This document shows, piece by piece, positions 59,010-64,000 of a stretch of 64,000 bases of DNA. The stretch comes from Paraphysomonas bandaiensis (taxonomy: Eukaryota > Protista > Chrysophyceae), in assembly GCA_965644295.1 (NCBI GenBank), contig CBFFRP010000394.1, positions 1 through 64,000 of the forward strand, read 5' to 3'. The notes under the pieces are model-generated. The model made no database searches. It was not told where the DNA came from and worked only from the letters and a program-made list of their open reading frames with translations. Position numbers and translations under genes: made by a program. How positions within the stretch are numbered: position 1 is the stretch's first letter; every line of letters begins with the position of its first letter.

Positions 59010-59949
59010 ATGGAGACGTTGGATTTATCTCAGAGAGGTTATACTCATGAACATATGGCTCAAATTGAGAGAATTATTACATCTAAAGCCGCTGCTGATA
59101 CAACTGTGACATTGAATGTTGATCTCTCGGGAAACTATTTGAACAAAGAATGCATCACACGCATATGTTCAATTATTGAAAGTTATCCAAACGTGAATAT
59201 TGATTTATCAGTAAATTATCTTGGCTTATCTGATTTTACGAGTATTTCAAAAGATTATCTGAGGTGCGCTTTCACCATATAATATAGCTTAAATAAAGTT
59301 AATTATTAGCATGTTTCACGAAGGTCGGTTGACAGTTGCCCCAACAACACATCACAGAGCAATTGAATTGTTGCTTTCAACCCAACAAAAAACTGAGGAG
59401 GAGCTTCAATCTCTTGTTGCAGTTACTCGCACGTTGGAGTCACGAAAAGATCCTACAGAAAGCGTGAAACAAATGAAGTGCTTTATTGATACTGGTTCTC
59501 AACTTATAGAGGAAGCGGTTTCGTGTGCAGTTGCGAACATATTGGATGAGCCTACTATTCTTCATTCTTCACATTACAGTTATGCTGAAAATATCGGGGA
59601 TGTGGACGGTGTTGTGATCGGAAAATATTTGGACCAAGATGTGATTGTTTTCTGTGAGGCAAAACACAATATGGATTCATCACTTAAAAAAGCCAAGTCA
59701 GAATTGTTCTCAACTTATGATTACTGGCAGAAACTTATTAGTTTGTCTCAAGATGAGATTGAAGAATACCAAAGAGACATTGAAGCCTTGTGTGTCAATT
59801 CTTGCCGACATCGCACCGTGTATTTCGCCTTTGGAGGGGCAAAATTTTCTGATTCAGCAGCAGAAAAACTAAAAGGGGTTAAAACACCTTGGTTTCGTGT
59901 TTCAACCGACCCAAATGGACGTTTTCGAGCACAGCTTGCAAATTATTAG
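59010..59949 (+). CDS. LRR-like N-terminus + coiled coil + PD-(D/E)xK nuclease-like domain
   Basis: Intron 59264-59309 joins in frame (DYLS|MFHE). LDLSQRG, VDLSGNYL and IDLSVNYL; then IEEAV..GDVDGVVIG..IVFCEAKH. Confidence 0.65.
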
Positions 59950-62466
59950 CAATCTAAGTCAGTAAGACAACAGCATCACTTGATCCAGGCTTGATAAATG
60001 ATAGCATGAAAGCGCCAATCACGATTATAATATGATGAACACCCCTTACGTGATTGGTCATGATAGTTTCAGTATATAGTAAGCACTAACAAGTTGGTTC
60101 AGATGAGGTTCAACGGACGCATAAAGAATAAAAATTTCATTGAAACATGGGAGCATACTCTAGCCATCGATTGATAAATGTAGATATTGTATACATGCTA
60201 TACATAACATTATAACGTTGCATTCCAATGAGAATTGGACAGTTTCTCGTGACTATGTCCGGTGCAATTCTATATAGCCGCCACTAATATCTTGTGTGGT
60301 GTGAGATGGTATCTTAGACAGTCGCAGTGTGTAATCAATGGATATGAGAACGACTAGGTTGAATACCAAAGTTGACTAGGTTGAGTCATTTGTTGATGCA
60401 GGACGAAACAATACCGTCAGGCGTGCAGATGAGAGAGTTGCTCGTCAAGACGGTGGAGCTCTCCTGGAATCGTAAAGAAGCTGAAAGGATAAGAAGAGAG
60501 CTGGCACAACTCTCGAAGGCGTGGACAATGATACGAACAGCAACGCCAACCAATGGTAATTATCTTGGTCCGATTGATTTTCTGTTATCCATGCAAGTTC
60601 TATTTGTTTTATACATATGCTGTTACTATATTATACACGGTAGTTATAATGACGTTTGTCAGTGTCAGTTTTAAATTCACAACTTGTTTATTACAATTGA
60701 CTAATAGTCTAATAATTATCACATGATCTAACTGTAAGATGCATTTAGTCTTGCATGCAATCACAGATATATTGAATGGGATCTAACTACACAAACAACT
60801 GAAATGTAGTGTGTGTTGTACACATAACATATTGGCAACATATTGTAATAAACTAAATATACACATTCAACTTCAATATTGGGTTAACAGAAACTCACTT
60901 CTATCTTAATTATCAATTATGATATTGGCAGTCATATGTATAGATATCGTTATATTACACAATTATAGAGAAACCACAATGATGAGTCAACTATCAAAAG
61001 GAGGTTCATCAAACACTCCAAGTCATCGTCAATCTTTCGTCTGATGTGGAAGATAATAATGATGTTAGTGCATGCGATCTATCTTCATAACCTGGACTTC
61101 AAAACAAGTTCAAGAATATTACAGGAGAGTTTAAGTGCCATATCGGATGCTGTATAGGAAGTTAAGGGCAGTAAAACCCAGCTCTTTTAGCCCAGCTCTT
61201 TCAAGGTGTCCGTCACCACGTCGTGCGTATCAGGATTGTGCGCCTCATCTTACTATCATTCAAATCAGGTGCACTCGCAGAGGTTGAGCGTGTTTATATA
61301 AATGTGATGATGATGCTAATCAAAGCAATAAAAAGCATCGTGCTTGAAACCATTGATACGTAATTCGAAAACGCGTTCTGAATTGCTTGCCTGATGCAGT
61401 GTGACATGGTATATAATACGATACCAAAAGTCATACCTTCACAAGTTGTGGGATCTCTTATCCTTGTATTCCTCAGCAGGAGCCCCCATGGTGTGTTTTA
61501 TCGTAGCCAATCCGTTCGTAGACATTTCTTCTTGCAAAGATACGATCCTAACTGGACGCTGGAGATTACTTCATGAGCTGTTTGACAGACAACTTTCGGG
61601 ACAATGCACCCACACATGAAATATCATGCTATCAACTTTACACAGTCACTTGTGACTTGTGTCGATGCTTAATGCATTGCTTCGCAGTATATTCAGTGAA
61701 TCAAGCGAGCAGAGAATGAGCAGAATTCGCTCAAAATTCTAAAAAAAATCCCTGTTTTGTCTTTTGTCTCATAACTTCAGCTCCATTTGCACCCTACAGG
61801 TCCGAGATTAGATTCCATTAAGTTATAGTATATTATCTTCTACCCTCAGAAGACGTATGGAGAGCAAACCATTGCGCTCTTCACTGTAGATATTACAGGT
61901 AGGTGTCTATATCCTGTCATTGCGTGTGAATATAAAATATATTATTCAATAAGTGCTGCTTCTTTGTGTAGCTTATTGTCCCATTGTTCGTAATATTCCA
62001 CAGACGATACAGATTAAGACGCGTCTTTCTAATTTGTGATACTAAGTGACACAAGATAAGATGGAGTACTAAAATGCTTTGTAGTATAAGAGCTATGTGA
62101 AATTAGAATGTCACATTTCAAATATTTCAACTGTCAAAATGAGTATTGTTACTGCCACTACTAGGATTACCAAATGCACATCATTAACTTAAATCGATTC
62201 TTTTCTATATACATTATCATCAACAAACGGAATATACAACCTAAAAAATTCAACTAATATAAAACACAGTGTCATACATAGATCTATAGGTAGACAGAGC
62301 CCACAAAGTTGTAACACTCTGGCTGCTATATTCTGACAACTATATATGTGTTTTTTCAAGTGCCTGCCGCCTAAGCAATAGGGAGATAAGCCTATTACAA
62401 CTATAGAATTCCTTTTAACAATTCAACCTCAAATCCACGGGGATCCATTTGTAAAACTGCACTCGG

Positions 62467-64000
62467 CTACACTGATTCACTACGGCTCTTCATTTTCCTT
62501 TTACGTTCTGCAGCGCTATGTTCATTATTACGTCTGTGGACAATTATTTCGGACATAATCTGACAACTAAATTTGAGCAACAGCCGCGATTATACGTTCT
62601 AAGGATCTTACCTTTTTGCATATGTCTTTTTTCTGCTCAAGGCTGCGCTCTGGTACAATATTCATCACCAGACCTTGCTCCATGGTGATTTCCTTTCTCG
62701 TATCTCTTACAGATGCCAAAAATGGGTGCGTGAGTGCCTCGTCTACAGTCACACGCTTCGATTTGTCAAACACCAGCATTGAACGCAGCAAGTCAATGGC
62801 ATCGGGCGGTGCATCAGGAAGAAGACCATCAAGCGTCTACAGTGGCATTGCAAATTTGTTAGTTAACCATGTCATGTGCAACACAACTATAACATTACCT
62901 GAGAGTGTGGTAGGTTCTGAAATTGCCGAAGGTACTCTCTTTGCACAGGATTGCACACACTTTCAATATCCTTCTCAGACGGAGGTCCAATGACCTGAAA
63001 TATAACACCGAGTTGATTCTTGTCAGTTTCTCCAGATGTGCGCTCTTGACTAAGAGGAGCAACGGCTCCCCCAGGGAATAACGGCCGCCCTTGTCCCAGT
63101 AGATCCCCCAGCACACATCCGATAGACCAAACATCCACAGCATGGTCATACTCCTCCAAAAGAATAATTTCAGGAGCACGATACCAGCGAGATACTACAT
63201 GTTGGGTAAGGTGACGGGACATGGAAGGTGGTGGTGGAGCGGGTAGATCCTCCTGTTGTACAGCAACTGTTTCTGACGTGTGTTCTCCTGCTATATCGGC
63301 GGCACCTGAAATTAATCCAGATACACCAGATATGACACCAGCAACACTGGTAAGGATACCGGGAGTGGTTGCCGGAACACCTGGGATTCCAGCTGGTAGA
63401 CAGGGGGCTATCGGAATTTGTGGAGGTTGAAGCATACACTCTCTGACAATATCACATGTTACAAAAGCACTCAAAAAGTAATACCATCTCAGCATAACTA
63501 GAAAACAAATAGCACTAAATAAAGTAGCTCGCGGTGTGGCTTACCTCCGCTCTACAATTCTTGCTAGACCGAAGTCCGTCAGCTTCACAGTAAGATCGTC
63601 TTCCCACAACAGTAAGTTTTCAGGCTTAATATCTACAACCACATGAGCACATCAACTGCAGCAGGAGTTAGTCAGTCATAGTACGTACCCCTATGTATAA
63701 TGTTCGCTGAATGTACATACTTAATTGCTAGCAGCAATTGGTATAGAATTTTTTTGGTCTCTTCGATAGTCACTTTCTTTCTCTTACGTCTTCTAAGTCG
63801 AATAAACTTGTCCAGATCATAATCAGCACACTCAAATACTAGTTGAAGAGTATCAAGAGAACCATCTTGACCACCTGCCTCAACCTGCCTTTCATCTTTA
63901 GGATTGAAGTTAGGAGCTCGTACATCGAGGAGAGTAATAACATTCGGGTGGTTCAACTTCCTGAAAACAAGAAAATATTTATGTAAGCAGGTATAATACA
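62467..64000 (-). CDS. Atypical MAP kinase (CMGC) with TQH activation motif; 5' end beyond the window
   Basis: HPNVITLLDV, YQLLLAIKYVHSANIIHR|DIKPENLL, KLTDFGLAR, LTQHVVSRWYRAPEIIL, DVWSIGC, FDKSKRVTVDEALTHPF; stop at 62467. Confidence 0.9.

Noticed and set aside
60372-61619. Short ORFs at 60372-60674 and 61394-61619
   Set aside because: No motif and no consistent spliced model; possibly fragments.

Overview
AT-rich eukaryotic nuclear DNA with short (about 45-60 nt) GT-AG introns. The gene content suggests a stramenopile, possibly chrysophyte-like, protist; this is inference only. Host genes: a RING-H2 protein, a CDPK, an AWS-SET-postSET + 2xPHD histone methyltransferase, a RasGEF, GINS Psf2, a kinesin-3-type motor with a ~17x138-bp coding array, a multi-exon protein resembling both PI3K p101/p84 and the PACS C-terminal region, DDI1, a ~40-aa helical-repeat + RAP protein, an NTPase_1-SWIM fusion, an LRR + PD-(D/E)xK protein, a low-complexity protein, and a TxH-type MAPK cut by the window end. 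Mobile DNA: an essentially complete two-gene Plavaka/CACTA-like transposon (1-6334) with palindromic CCTATAGG subterminal arrays, two inverted solo LTRs, a TIR element inside a (CATA)n array carrying a spliced winged-helix-like gene, a hAT-type MITE with an 8-bp TSD, and an intact young Copia element. All four long (CATA)n arrays lie just upstream of start codons, three of them between divergent gene pairs. No rRNA, tRNA or CRISPR was recognised. Family assignments come from motif recognition by eye and recall of family sequences; no searches were run.
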